Positions 26,705 to 36,122 of a stretch of DNA of 40,578 bases are shown in pieces. The DNA comes from Candidatus Micrarchaeota archaeon (lineage in GTDB: Archaea; Micrarchaeota; Micrarchaeia; Micrarchaeales; CABMGC01). The notes beneath the pieces were generated by a model. It did no database searches, had not been told where the DNA came from, and saw only the letters and a program-made list of their open reading frames with translations. A program made the translations under genes and the position numbers. The stretch spans positions 1 through 40,578 of the forward strand of contig DAHVMJ010000005.1 in NCBI GenBank assembly GCA_027319905.1, in the 5' to 3' direction. Every line of letters begins with the position of its first letter. Within the stretch, counting starts at the first letter, position 1.

Positions 26705-27721
26705 CTACCTTTTATAGAGATCTATATCAACAAGGTTGTTCTCCATGAGATACTTAAACTGCTTTTCTGCCCAATAGTATGGCTGATTGAACTCTTCTGA
26801 AGTCAGGGGCTTAGAAACATATAAATCATACACTTCTTTTATTCCGTCTTTTACAGTAATTCTAGGTTTATAACCAAGTTCTTGCTCTGCTTTTGAACCA
26901 TCAACTTTGTATGATCGGGCATCCTTGTCTGGCAGCATGATGCTCATCTTCATTCCTAACATTTCTGCTATTTCTTTCCCTAGGTCTATTATTCGGTAGT
27001 TTTCACCAACTATAGAATATATGCCTGTAATGCCGTCCCTCAAAGCTAACGAGTAGGCTTGAGATAAGTCTTCGATGTGCACAAGCGCACGCCAAGCCGA
27101 TCCGTCTCCGCGCAGCCTTATCTCTTTTTCCAGATATCCGTATCCAGTTATATTATGTACAACCATGTCGAACCGCATGCGTGGAGAGACTCCGAAACAT
27201 GTTGCATTTCGCATGCATGTGACAGTAAAGTCTTTATCTGCTAGAGCCATCAACGCCTGTTCTGATCGATACTTAGACCATGCATATGGTGTCAGAGGAT
27301 TTGGCTCATCCTCTTCATTTATCAGCTCATCACCTTTTGCGCCGTAGACGGAACAAGAAGAGGCAAATATAAGTTTCTTGACCCCAGCGCTCTTTGCAAT
27401 CACTGCCAATTCTTTGGTTGCAAGGAAATTTATTTTATTAGTCATTTCTGGTGCGAGATTGGCAGCGAAATCGTTCGGTAGGGCTGCGAGATGCACCACA
27501 GCATCGATGTCCTTCAACAGATGCGCAAGTTTGTCGGTAGATCTTATATCTATTTTATATGTTTTAACTTTGTTTGATGCTTCGTAAGCATCAAATCTCC
27601 CGAATACTTTGTTTGGAGGGAAATAATCACAGTCGACTCCTATAATATCGTGTTTTGAGATTAAGTTTGCTGTTAATACTCTCCCGATATACCCATGATT
27701 CCCTGTTATTAAGATTTTCAT
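26705..27721 (-). CDS. NAD-dependent NDP-sugar epimerase/dehydratase/reductase (extended SDR)
   Basis: ITGNHGYIG, HLAA, ASSCSVYG, YAWSK, RNATCFGVSPRMRFD. Confidence 0.93.
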   Translation of the reverse strand: MKILITGNHGYIGRVLTANLISKHDIIGVDCDYFPPNKVFGRFDAYEASNKVKTYKIDIRSTDKLAHLLKDIDAVVHLAALPNDFAANLAPEMTNKINFLATKELAVIAKSAGVKKLIFASSCSVYGAKGDELINEEDEPNPLTPYAWSKYRSEQALMALADKDFTVTCMRNATCFGVSPRMRFDMVVHNITGYGYLEKEIRLRGDGSAWRALVHIEDLSQAYSLALRDGITGIYSIVGENYRIIDLGKEIAEMLGMKMSIMLPDKDARSYKVDGSKAEQELGYKPRITVKDGIKEVYDLYVSKPLTSEEFNQPYYWAEKQFKYLMENNLVDIDLYKR

Positions 27722-28473
27722 TAAATTCCCTTATCCAGCATGCCCCACTTTGCTATAATCTTCTCTGCTTCTTTCAACTCTTTTTGTGTGTTTACAGTTG
27801 CCCACCCTTCTCCTTTTCGCAGCATATACCCTACGAGTTTTCCAGTGCCAGCCATTTTTTTAAATACAGTGCCTTCGATGGAACCGGAACGTGGTATATG
27901 CCTTACGATTTTTTTGTTAAAAATGTATACACCTATACTGATGGGAAGTTCGTTGACTATCTTACCGTACTCGAACTTTTGAACCTTTGAACCGTGCCCC
28001 TCGACAGTCGGTTGGTCGCTATCTTTATCAAAGCTTATAACGCTAAATTTACATAGAAGGGGGACGAGGGCGAGAGTGGCAGTAGCCTTATAGCTGAGAT
28101 GTGCCTTCTCCATCTCTGTTAGGTTCATGTTTGTGAGCTCATCGCCGTTCATAGCGATAAAATCTCCTTTGGGCTTCAGTTTCATTATCGCAAGTCTAAA
28201 TGCCTCGGCAGTACCACCTTCAACAGGGGGATTCTCGCTACATTCTATCTTGATGCCAAAGTCATTCTTTGCTAAGTAGTCATATATTTTTTCTTTCTTA
28301 TATGCGACCGCCAGCACTATGTGCTTGATTCCGTTCTTTTTGAGCCATTTAATTATCCAATATAGAAGTGGTCTTCCATTTACTTCTACGAGAGGCTTTG
28401 GTTTATTCTCAGTTGAAGCATTTAGTCTGCTTCCTCGCCCTCCGACCAGTACTATTGCCTCATTTAACGTCAT
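27721..28473 (-). CDS. Sugar-1-phosphate nucleotidyltransferase
   Basis: LVGGRGSRL...KPKPLV, GGTA, MNGD. Confidence 0.92.
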   Translation of the reverse strand: MTLNEAIVLVGGRGSRLNASTENKPKPLVEVNGRPLLYWIIKWLKKNGIKHIVLAVAYKKEKIYDYLAKNDFGIKIECSENPPVEGGTAEAFRLAIMKLKPKGDFIAMNGDELTNMNLTEMEKAHLSYKATATLALVPLLCKFSVISFDKDSDQPTVEGHGSKVQKFEYGKIVNELPISIGVYIFNKKIVRHIPRSGSIEGTVFKKMAGTGKLVGYMLRKGEGWATVNTQKELKEAEKIIAKWGMLDKGI

Positions 28474-29779
28474 TCAAATCGCCGTATACCTTCAGTTTTG
28501 GCACTAGGGTTATTAGTTTTCCTCCTCCAGCAAGGAAATCGCTCTCCTGATTGACAAACTCTCTAATGAACTGATAGGGTAAAACGAGAAGATAATCTGG
28601 AGCTTCCGCTCTATATGAACCATATGGCAGGATCTTTATTCCAGTATCTGCTATATATCTGTTAAATTTGTCTTTATTCTTATCTGTTGCGTATCTTATG
28701 GTGGCTTTATCTATTCCCATATATTGTAGCATTACCAAACCTCTAGTTGATGCTCCGAATATCATGACCTTCTTACCCTCTTTAGTAACGTTATGGAGAA
28801 ATCTTAACGTATCACTCTTCAGCAGCTTGATTTTCTTTGCGAACTCCACATATGTCTCTTTTTTATCCAACCTTTCCTTCTTTTCTTTGTTCTTTAACAT
28901 TTCCAAGGATGATCTGTTTGGATTTTCCGAGGAACTTGCATGCCTAACGTAAATCTTAAAGCTACCACCATTCACATCATTTAACTCAACGTCATCTATT
29001 CGCAACCTGTGTTTTGAGAGCAAGTAATCTAATGAGAGAAGCGAGTAGTACTCCAAATGTTCGTGCGAGATGTTATCAAATGTCTGATTTTTAATCATAA
29101 GCCCTAGATAGTTCATCTGTATTATCCATAGCCCATCTTCAGATAGGCACGCCCGTATGTCTTCTACGAACTTATTTGGATCATCTAAGTCATAGAACAT
29201 CGCGATAGATGTTATGATCTTGGCTTTTTTATTTCCTATTTTTAAAATAAAAGTTTCGTAATTGAAGAAATCATTTATAATAATGCTATTTTGCATCTCA
29301 GGAGTGTATTTTACAAGATTTGAAGGCTCGAAGCCTACTTTCGTAATTTTATTTTGATAAAAGGTCAGAAGTGTTCCATCGTTCGAACCTATGTCAATTA
29401 CCATGTCATCATCGTTCAGTTTGACGCGGCTTGATGCGTCTTCTACAACATCCATTAATGTTTTAACCATAGTGGCGCTTATGCCAGAACGATACCAATA
29501 GTCCTTATACAGAATACGGTGATTAAATGTATGTTTGAGCTGCAGAAGTTTGCAGTTAGAGCAGAGTACCAGTGTTAAAGGTGCTTTAGGTACAGCATCA
29601 TTTTCCTTTTCAGGGAAGCTCACAACGGCCTGATCGCCCAAAGACAAGATGTATTCCAATCTGTTGTCATTGCACACTCTACAGCTTAATATTTCTTTTA
29701 TAGGCAGTTCATCGTCGTCAATATGTTTGCTGGAGTACGCTCGAAATCGATCTGCTTTACTTACAGTTTTGGAACTCAT
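28460..29779 (-). CDS. NDP-hexose C-methyltransferase (Zn-binding N-terminus, SAM domain, C-methyltransferase C-terminal domain)
   Basis: CRVC...CSNC, YWYRSG, DIGSNDG, FDNISHEHLEYYS, NGGS, FGASTRG: architecture of sugar C3-methyltransferases such as TcaB9/NovU. Confidence 0.9.
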   Translation of the reverse strand: MSSKTVSKADRFRAYSSKHIDDDELPIKEILSCRVCNDNRLEYILSLGDQAVVSFPEKENDAVPKAPLTLVLCSNCKLLQLKHTFNHRILYKDYWYRSGISATMVKTLMDVVEDASSRVKLNDDDMVIDIGSNDGTLLTFYQNKITKVGFEPSNLVKYTPEMQNSIIINDFFNYETFILKIGNKKAKIITSIAMFYDLDDPNKFVEDIRACLSEDGLWIIQMNYLGLMIKNQTFDNISHEHLEYYSLLSLDYLLSKHRLRIDDVELNDVNGGSFKIYVRHASSSENPNRSSLEMLKNKEKKERLDKKETYVEFAKKIKLLKSDTLRFLHNVTKEGKKVMIFGASTRGLVMLQYMGIDKATIRYATDKNKDKFNRYIADTGIKILPYGSYRAEAPDYLLVLPYQFIREFVNQESDFLAGGGKLITLVPKLKVYGDLNDVK

Positions 29780-29855
29780 AAAAACGATTCATTATGTGTA
29801 AAACAGCTTTAAATAGATTGTATGTGTGAACTTATGAAGATTTTGGGCGAATTAC

Positions 29856-32312
29856 TTGGAGGAAAGCAGGCATGATGATGCAAGAATAGCTGATTCAGAA
29901 CATTACACACCTAAGAAAAAACATAGCACGTATGCAGTCTACGTGTTCCTGTTAGCCATTGCTCTTATTCTGATAGTAACAATTTACTTCCGCATCCCGA
30001 TGCTTCACTTCTACGGCTTCTATGAGCCAGATGGCTATTTCCACTACTCCGTTATCAGAGCTGCAGTAAGTAATGGCTTCGCCATACCCCAACAGCTTTC
30101 GACATCAGGTTGGCCTCCCACATGTGTCAGCTATCCGCCCTGCTCTCCTGCTATTCCAGACCATGAAGCCTTCGGTCTATATTTTGTAACATTGATCCCT
30201 TACTTCTTCCTGCAGTTCGCCGGGGTCAGCTATTACGACATAATGCGTCTAATACCAGTCCTCTTTGCCATTCTTGACGTTCTTCTGGCATACTTCCTAG
30301 CCAGCTACTGGAGCAAGAACAGGGCGTTCGGTTTACTAGTCATGCTCCTTGTCGCTCTCAACATGGGCAACGCGGCGCGCACCAGCGCGCTCATCTACCG
30401 CGGCGACGGCTTCGTAACGCCTTTTCTGCTAGGGGTGCTCATCGTCACCATAGCTCTATTCCGAACTACCGATAGAAGGAAGAGGTACGAGTACGCGGCG
30501 CTTGCTGCAGTGCTCCTCGCTCTGTGCAACCTCGTCTGGAACGGCGCGCCGTTCAGTACAGCAGTCTTCATCTTCGCATTCGTGCTCATCCTGTTGCTCG
30601 GTTTTGTTTACAACAGGAAGAATCTGGTGGACGGCAGTTTCTTTATGCTCGTCACAATGGTGGCGTGGTTTATATTCGTAAGCATCTTCCATGCATTTGC
30701 ATGGATACTGGGGCAGACATTCACCGGCTTGCATTTCTTCATACTGCTCGTACCGATGGCCGTAGGCTGGTATGCTGTAGACTACCTCGTCAACAAGAAG
30801 GGCGAGCATAGGCTGCCCTTCATCGGCACGCCCACACAGCGCTTCCTCTTCTTCGTCGGCGCATCCGCCGTGGTCTTCATCGCCATCTTCGTACTCATAC
30901 CGAGCTTCGTAGAGTCAATCTTCGTCACCAACGGTTTCTACATAACCTCGGCCTTCGCCTCGACCATACAGGAGCTTCAGCCGCCCAGCTACTCATTCCT
31001 CTTCGCCAGCTTCAACTTCCAGAACTTCACCAATCCGATGAGCATACTCATGGTCATCGCCACCTACTTCCCGTCCTCCCTAGTTATCTTGTTCTGGCTC
31101 ATCCTGCTTGCGCTCTTCATCCCCTACTTCTTCATGCACATCGAGCATGAGGATGGCGATGGCTGGCTCGGTGGCAAGGCGGTGTGGCGCTTCGAGTTCA
31201 ACGAGACCACGCTGATACTCGTGTCGTACTTCGCGCTCACCGCGTACCTTCAGATGAACGCCATACGCTTCAACTCCCTCGTCTCCGTACCAGTCTCGAT
31301 ATTCAGCGCCTATACTATCTACTGGTTGGTTATGTGGCTGAGGAACCGCGGCCTCTCCCTACATCTTACTGGGTTCAGGTATGCCTACTACGCATCCCTG
31401 CTTCTGATAGTGCTGCTAATCGTCTTCATGATACAGGCAGACATTGGATACACGACAGGCCTCGCTCCAGCTGACGAGATCAACCCGCAGTTCATCCAGG
31501 CGCTGGCGTGGATGCACAACAACACCGCTGCGAACAGCGTCACGCTGACACTGTGGCCCGACGGCTCCGTAGTGGAAGGCGTAGCCAATCGCACAGTGGT
31601 CACCGACAGCGTAGAGTCGCAGAACGGACCCAAAGGAGATCTCTTCGCAGCATGGCTCTACAACTCTAGCTCAGACCCAGGCTTCCTGCTGGCGAACTAC
31701 ACCGGCGCGCCGAACTACCTGCTAGTGAGGCAGGCATGGATGGTTGAGACAGGAGGCATCTTCACTGAAGCGGGCATAAACGGCAGTTCGCAGGGCTATG
31801 GATACAACCCGTTCACCAGCGTGAGCGAACACGCAAACGCTACCTCTCAGGTGCTGCAGTTCTTCGGAAGCGGAGGACTTGAAGAGGACACTGTCATAAC
31901 CAACAGCAACACCACCGGCAGGACGATCGCCAGCTACCTCAGGTTCAGCAACGGCATACAGCCGTTCGAGTACGTTGGTTTCTACAACGTGCTGACCGGC
32001 AACTGGTCAATGATAAAGCAGACCGCGTTCAACGTCACCAACAACGAGACATTCCTTATCACATACTCACCGCTTGCGTCGCCCGGCAAATATGTGAATG
32101 TAACTGGCGCCTACATGCTGGGCCAGTCGCTTGCGAGCAGCAACATGGTCAAGTTCCTGTTCCAGTGCAACTCGATCGGCTGCGCCTGGAACAACAACGC
32201 GGCAAGCCTGAAGCTGGTCTACATCAACCAGGACACCAAGATCTTCCAGATCGAGTACAACATGAGCAACTCAACCATAGCCTCGATGGTGGCGAGGTAT
32301 CCAAGAGCATGA
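29856..32312 (+). CDS. aglB: STT3/AglB-family oligosaccharyltransferase paralog 1 (non-canonical WWDYG)
   Basis: EPDGYFHY, YRGD, TIQE, IRF, ALAWMHNNT..LTLWPDGS...ANR..VTD; multi-TM N-terminus and soluble C-terminal domain. TTG start. Confidence 0.85.
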   Translation: MEESRHDDARIADSEHYTPKKKHSTYAVYVFLLAIALILIVTIYFRIPMLHFYGFYEPDGYFHYSVIRAAVSNGFAIPQQLSTSGWPPTCVSYPPCSPAIPDHEAFGLYFVTLIPYFFLQFAGVSYYDIMRLIPVLFAILDVLLAYFLASYWSKNRAFGLLVMLLVALNMGNAARTSALIYRGDGFVTPFLLGVLIVTIALFRTTDRRKRYEYAALAAVLLALCNLVWNGAPFSTAVFIFAFVLILLLGFVYNRKNLVDGSFFMLVTMVAWFIFVSIFHAFAWILGQTFTGLHFFILLVPMAVGWYAVDYLVNKKGEHRLPFIGTPTQRFLFFVGASAVVFIAIFVLIPSFVESIFVTNGFYITSAFASTIQELQPPSYSFLFASFNFQNFTNPMSILMVIATYFPSSLVILFWLILLALFIPYFFMHIEHEDGDGWLGGKAVWRFEFNETTLILVSYFALTAYLQMNAIRFNSLVSVPVSIFSAYTIYWLVMWLRNRGLSLHLTGFRYAYYASLLLIVLLIVFMIQADIGYTTGLAPADEINPQFIQALAWMHNNTAANSVTLTLWPDGSVVEGVANRTVVTDSVESQNGPKGDLFAAWLYNSSSDPGFLLANYTGAPNYLLVRQAWMVETGGIFTEAGINGSSQGYGYNPFTSVSEHANATSQVLQFFGSGGLEEDTVITNSNTTGRTIASYLRFSNGIQPFEYVGFYNVLTGNWSMIKQTAFNVTNNETFLITYSPLASPGKYVNVTGAYMLGQSLASSNMVKFLFQCNSIGCAWNNNAASLKLVYINQDTKIFQIEYNMSNSTIASMVARYPRA

Positions 32313-32340
32313 GGCTCCGAACGATTGCGCGGGCGCAGGC

Positions 32341-33831
32341 ATGATGAGGACATCTGCATATCTTATAGCAGTAATTCTCTTGGCTACGGCCTTTGCAGCT
32401 TTCTGGATCCACTATGGCGTCTTTACCTACAGCTCTTTCAGGGACGGCTATTTTGACATAGGGATAGAGACAATCAGCATGTACCAGCACCTGGCCTGCA
32501 ACGCTTCCAGCCAGCTAGCCAACCTGCCCGTATTCGGCAACCACCAATCTCCGACATTCCTTCTCTTTTTGCCTATATTCGCAGCCTTTCAGAGCCCAAT
32601 CACGCTCTTTGTGATCCAGGACATTGCGTTGGCTTTAACGGCGGTGGTGGCTTACCTGGTCGGAAGAGATGTGCTTAAGAGCGAAAAGATAGGGTTCGCG
32701 CTTGCGTTTGCGTTCATAATAAACCTTGGGGTGAGCAGCATGGCGTCTTTCGACTTTCATGCTGAAGCGTTCATACCGCTCTTCTTCGTCCTTGCGTTCT
32801 ACTTCTACATGACCAGAAGACCGAAGTTCTTTCTTGCCAGCCTACTTCTGCTTATGGGCCTCATAGACATATACTCGTACATAATAGCGGCCACGCTGGT
32901 CGCCGCGCTCCTCCTTTACGAGTGGCATTATGAGTCCAAAGAGCCAGGGCACGCGCCCCGGATGAGGCTGCTCATGTTCGCGGCCGTGATGATAGTTGTG
33001 CTCGCTGCGGCAGAGCAACTACTGGCGATCTATATAACGTCACAGACGCAGTTGCTGGGACTGACAATTCCACCTACCCTCAGACTCGCATATGGACAGC
33101 TGAGTTTGGGCAATGTGTTTGGGGGGAGTGCATCGGTTAACCAGAACATACCAGTTGAAGCGTTGGGAGTGCTTCTCGTGTTCTTCGGATACGGCTATAC
33201 CTCACTTTCCAACCTTTTCATAAGCCTGCTCATGTTCGCTCCGTGGCTCAAGGGAGCGCTCATCTCCCCCGCAAATCAGGCGCTCTTTGGTTTGCAGTAT
33301 TATGGGTTTGTCGAAGGAGCAAGCGTTGTCGCCGCGGTAATAGGCATACTTGTACTGAGGAAAAAAGGTAAAAACTTGAGTGACGGCTTCCTGATGAAGT
33401 CCATACTCCTCTTTGCGATTCTGATTCCTTTATTGGCCGCATCCGCAGCGTCGGTCCTCGTGTTTGACATGGCCAACTCGTTCCTTGGACTACACGGATT
33501 CATGCAGGCCTCAGAACCTACAGCATACTCTTCGCTCTTGAAGGCGATAAGCCTGATACCCCGTAACGCCAGCGTGCTGTCCCAATCCGAGATAGCCCCG
33601 CACCTGTATTACATATGCAATTTAGAATACTCGAAATCCCAGGTTCCGGGCATGCCGCTGTCCATAGCGTTATACGTCAAGCCCCAGTACATAATCATGG
33701 ACAAGTACCTGGGTGATTATCAGTCGTTCATTGACCCGAGCGTGTTCAACATTACCGGCTATATTTCAGGCAATTATACGCTGGTCTATAACCAAAGCGG
33801 AGCGATGCTCTACAAAGCAAACGGCAGCTGA
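32341..33831 (+). CDS. DUF2079-like GT-C membrane protein
   Basis: YFDIG, FGNHQSP, TLFVIQ, DFHAEAF, QYY, IPRNASV..PHL motifs in a multi-TM protein. Confidence 0.8.
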   Translation: MMRTSAYLIAVILLATAFAAFWIHYGVFTYSSFRDGYFDIGIETISMYQHLACNASSQLANLPVFGNHQSPTFLLFLPIFAAFQSPITLFVIQDIALALTAVVAYLVGRDVLKSEKIGFALAFAFIINLGVSSMASFDFHAEAFIPLFFVLAFYFYMTRRPKFFLASLLLLMGLIDIYSYIIAATLVAALLLYEWHYESKEPGHAPRMRLLMFAAVMIVVLAAAEQLLAIYITSQTQLLGLTIPPTLRLAYGQLSLGNVFGGSASVNQNIPVEALGVLLVFFGYGYTSLSNLFISLLMFAPWLKGALISPANQALFGLQYYGFVEGASVVAAVIGILVLRKKGKNLSDGFLMKSILLFAILIPLLAASAASVLVFDMANSFLGLHGFMQASEPTAYSSLLKAISLIPRNASVLSQSEIAPHLYYICNLEYSKSQVPGMPLSIALYVKPQYIIMDKYLGDYQSFIDPSVFNITGYISGNYTLVYNQSGAMLYKANGS

Positions 33832-33856
33832 CGCATTAAAGACGCGTGCGAAAAGC

Positions 33857-35224
33857 TCAGGAGCTCTGCAGGACTTTCAGCAGATACTGCAAACCGTCGT
33901 CCAACGAGATGGATTCAGTCGTATGCCTGAGGTAGTCTACGGTTATGTCGGACAGCCGTTTGACACGGTAGACCTGGGCTTCCTTGGCCTGGTAGTTGTC
34001 CAAGCTTATGACAGGCTTGCCAAGGCTGATCATGTATCTTATGCTGCCGCTTGTGCCAAGGGCGTTGTTCTGCGCGGATACAAGATGCGTGCATGAAGAG
34101 AGGCGACGCCGCATCTCTCCGTAGCTAAATACGCCATTTCCAGGAGCAGTGACTATCTGTATGCGGTCGCTGTTGTATCTCTCGTACAGTTTTTTAGAGT
34201 ATGCCAACTGCAGGCTCCTGCTGTGCTTATTGAGATTTGTTATGCTCAGGAGTATAGTGCACCTTATCTTCAATGCGGAAGCCAGATCGCATATCTTGTC
34301 GAAGTTCTTACTCTCGCTTGCAAACCCAAAGCTGCCTATGTGCAGCTCTTCCTGCATGGCCCTTGCAGCCCTGGCGGAGCTGCCCTGAGGATAGGCGATG
34401 TGCGGCATGATTGTGTATCTCTTAAGGTGTGAAGCGCGCGCGAGCTCATTGCTGCGCACAAGCAGGGTCTGGAGCTGTAGCTTTCGTAGCTCCTGCCTGT
34501 TGCCGAGTCGCTTGAGTACGCTGAGCACGTATCCTGAGTGAAATGCCAAGAGGTACAGGATGTTTAGTATATCTGCAGGGTCCCTGACAAGGCCGATAAT
34601 CCTATTCTTCATCTCAATCCAGAGAAGAAGATAGCTAGGAGTGGCGTGGGCCTCTATGATGTAGCCCTTTGCGCTGTCCGGAAGCGCGTTCTTCAATCCA
34701 GGTTCGTACTGTATGATTGTTTTGAGTCTTTTGTTTCGCACCTCTTTCTCGCTCTTGAAGAGATGTGCTACAATGCCCGCTTCTTTAAGGCGCGCTTGGA
34801 GCACTCGTGTATACTGGCTTATTCCATCATTCTTGTCCAGGCTTGGGCAGATTATGTTGACTTCGTGAAGTCTGCTTTTAAGTTTCTGTTTGCGCACTTT
34901 TATCTGCCTGGAGTCATCGGCTCGCGGGTTCGTAGACGAGGGGCCCACGATGGCCAGCGTGCCTCCATCTTTTGTGATTCTGCGCGCCTCGCGTATCTGT
35001 ACTGGATCATCGCGTATAGCGTATACATAATCAAACATGCTATCGGGAAAATGAGTTGCCAGAGGGCTACTTACGGAATACTTGATTTTGTTAGAGAATG
35101 GCAGGTCATAGATCTTCTTGCTTGTTGAGAGTCCATAGAGGTGTCTGTAACCAGACTTGGCAAATCTTCTGAGTTTAGTGTCGTCTAATGCCTCCATGCA
35201 TAGGATAAAAGCATCTTTATTCAT
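33857..35224 (-). CDS. Paralog of 24966..26693: degenerate methyltransferase plus GT-B domain
   Basis: HLYGL, THFPDSMFD, EVNIICPSL..DGISQY, RYTIMPHI.YP, GSFGFA..KN.DKIC, SLDNYQAKEAQVYRVK all align with the paralog. Start placed at the ATG overlapping the upstream stop; 35257 is also possible. Confidence 0.75.
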   Translation of the reverse strand: MNKDAFILCMEALDDTKLRRFAKSGYRHLYGLSTSKKIYDLPFSNKIKYSVSSPLATHFPDSMFDYVYAIRDDPVQIREARRITKDGGTLAIVGPSSTNPRADDSRQIKVRKQKLKSRLHEVNIICPSLDKNDGISQYTRVLQARLKEAGIVAHLFKSEKEVRNKRLKTIIQYEPGLKNALPDSAKGYIIEAHATPSYLLLWIEMKNRIIGLVRDPADILNILYLLAFHSGYVLSVLKRLGNRQELRKLQLQTLLVRSNELARASHLKRYTIMPHIAYPQGSSARAARAMQEELHIGSFGFASESKNFDKICDLASALKIRCTILLSITNLNKHSRSLQLAYSKKLYERYNSDRIQIVTAPGNGVFSYGEMRRRLSSCTHLVSAQNNALGTSGSIRYMISLGKPVISLDNYQAKEAQVYRVKRLSDITVDYLRHTTESISLDDGLQYLLKVLQSS

Positions 35225-36122
35225 GGACAACCTCAATTGCATTGTTCTTTCCCCCATAAAGGTATTTATTTTCGAAGCACAGGACCATGCAGCCGGTTTG
35301 TTCGTACAACTCTCGCGCTTCGACTATAAGAGACTCATAGAAGACGAATGGCCTATGGCTCTTAATCGCGTTAGCTTTCACCTCTATGGCACTCTTCTCA
35401 TCATTTCGCATCATTAGCATCCCGTATTCGACATTGTGCCTTCTCAACCAGCCTTCTGTTACGGCTCTGTGTTTCTCGTGCCTGCCAGTAGCCAGGAAGG
35501 CCACCTTGTAGGCGGGAATGAACAGCTCTTCTGCATTCTTATAGAAATTGGTCAGGAGTGCGCCACTCAACCCGGCGGGAGGGTCGGCGCAGAGAACTCC
35601 ATCTATATCCATTGCGATGTTGTCTCGGGGATGCTGGGCCAAATCAGATTCAAAAAACATCTCGTCCCCGACAACCTTTTTGTACGCGATCTTGCCAGCC
35701 ATCCGAGTAGAAGCATACGGCGCAGCAATGATTATCTCCGCGCCTTTGAGTTTTTCGAGTATGCTCCTTTTGGCATCCATGCTCGTCCGACCAGAAGTAA
35801 CTGAATCATCGACAAGCAGGATTCGCATAGTCTTAAACGTGATCTGTTTTCCTTGGATGTCTTTCTTATTCCTGACAGAGGATGGCGTGGCCAGGGGCTT
35901 ACCTAGAAATACCGATGCCGCGGCGCCGCTGATAAGCCCGAGGCGGGGTATGCCGACTACGCAATCAACATTGTGCGGCAGTGTTTTCGCCCATTCCGCG
36001 TTGACCAACATGAAATCAAAAAAGGGGACGAATTCGTAGTGGATGCGATTTTTAAGGTAAGCAACGTACGTCTTGTACTTGTTCTGATTTCTCTGCAGAA
36101 CGCCCTGGATTCTACCTAGCAT
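35217..36122 (-). CDS. Fusion: type I phosphoribosyltransferase plus HAD phosphatase
   Basis: VVGIPRLGL and LLVDDSVTSGRT (PRPP-binding loop); then MDIDGVLC, ATGR, K, FYES (HAD). Start placed at ATG 36122, overlapping the upstream gene's end. Confidence 0.85.
   Translation of the reverse strand: MLGRIQGVLQRNQNKYKTYVAYLKNRIHYEFVPFFDFMLVNAEWAKTLPHNVDCVVGIPRLGLISGAAASVFLGKPLATPSSVRNKKDIQGKQITFKTMRILLVDDSVTSGRTSMDAKRSILEKLKGAEIIIAAPYASTRMAGKIAYKKVVGDEMFFESDLAQHPRDNIAMDIDGVLCADPPAGLSGALLTNFYKNAEELFIPAYKVAFLATGRHEKHRAVTEGWLRRHNVEYGMLMMRNDEKSAIEVKANAIKSHRPFVFYESLIVEARELYEQTGCMVLCFENKYLYGGKNNAIEVVHE

Noticed and set aside
3856-29858. Frequent TTG/GTG starts (3856, 9366, 11454, 13740, 16285, 16467, 29856) as a regulatory signal
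   Set aside because: Non-ATG starts are common in archaea, and several of these start positions are unverified.
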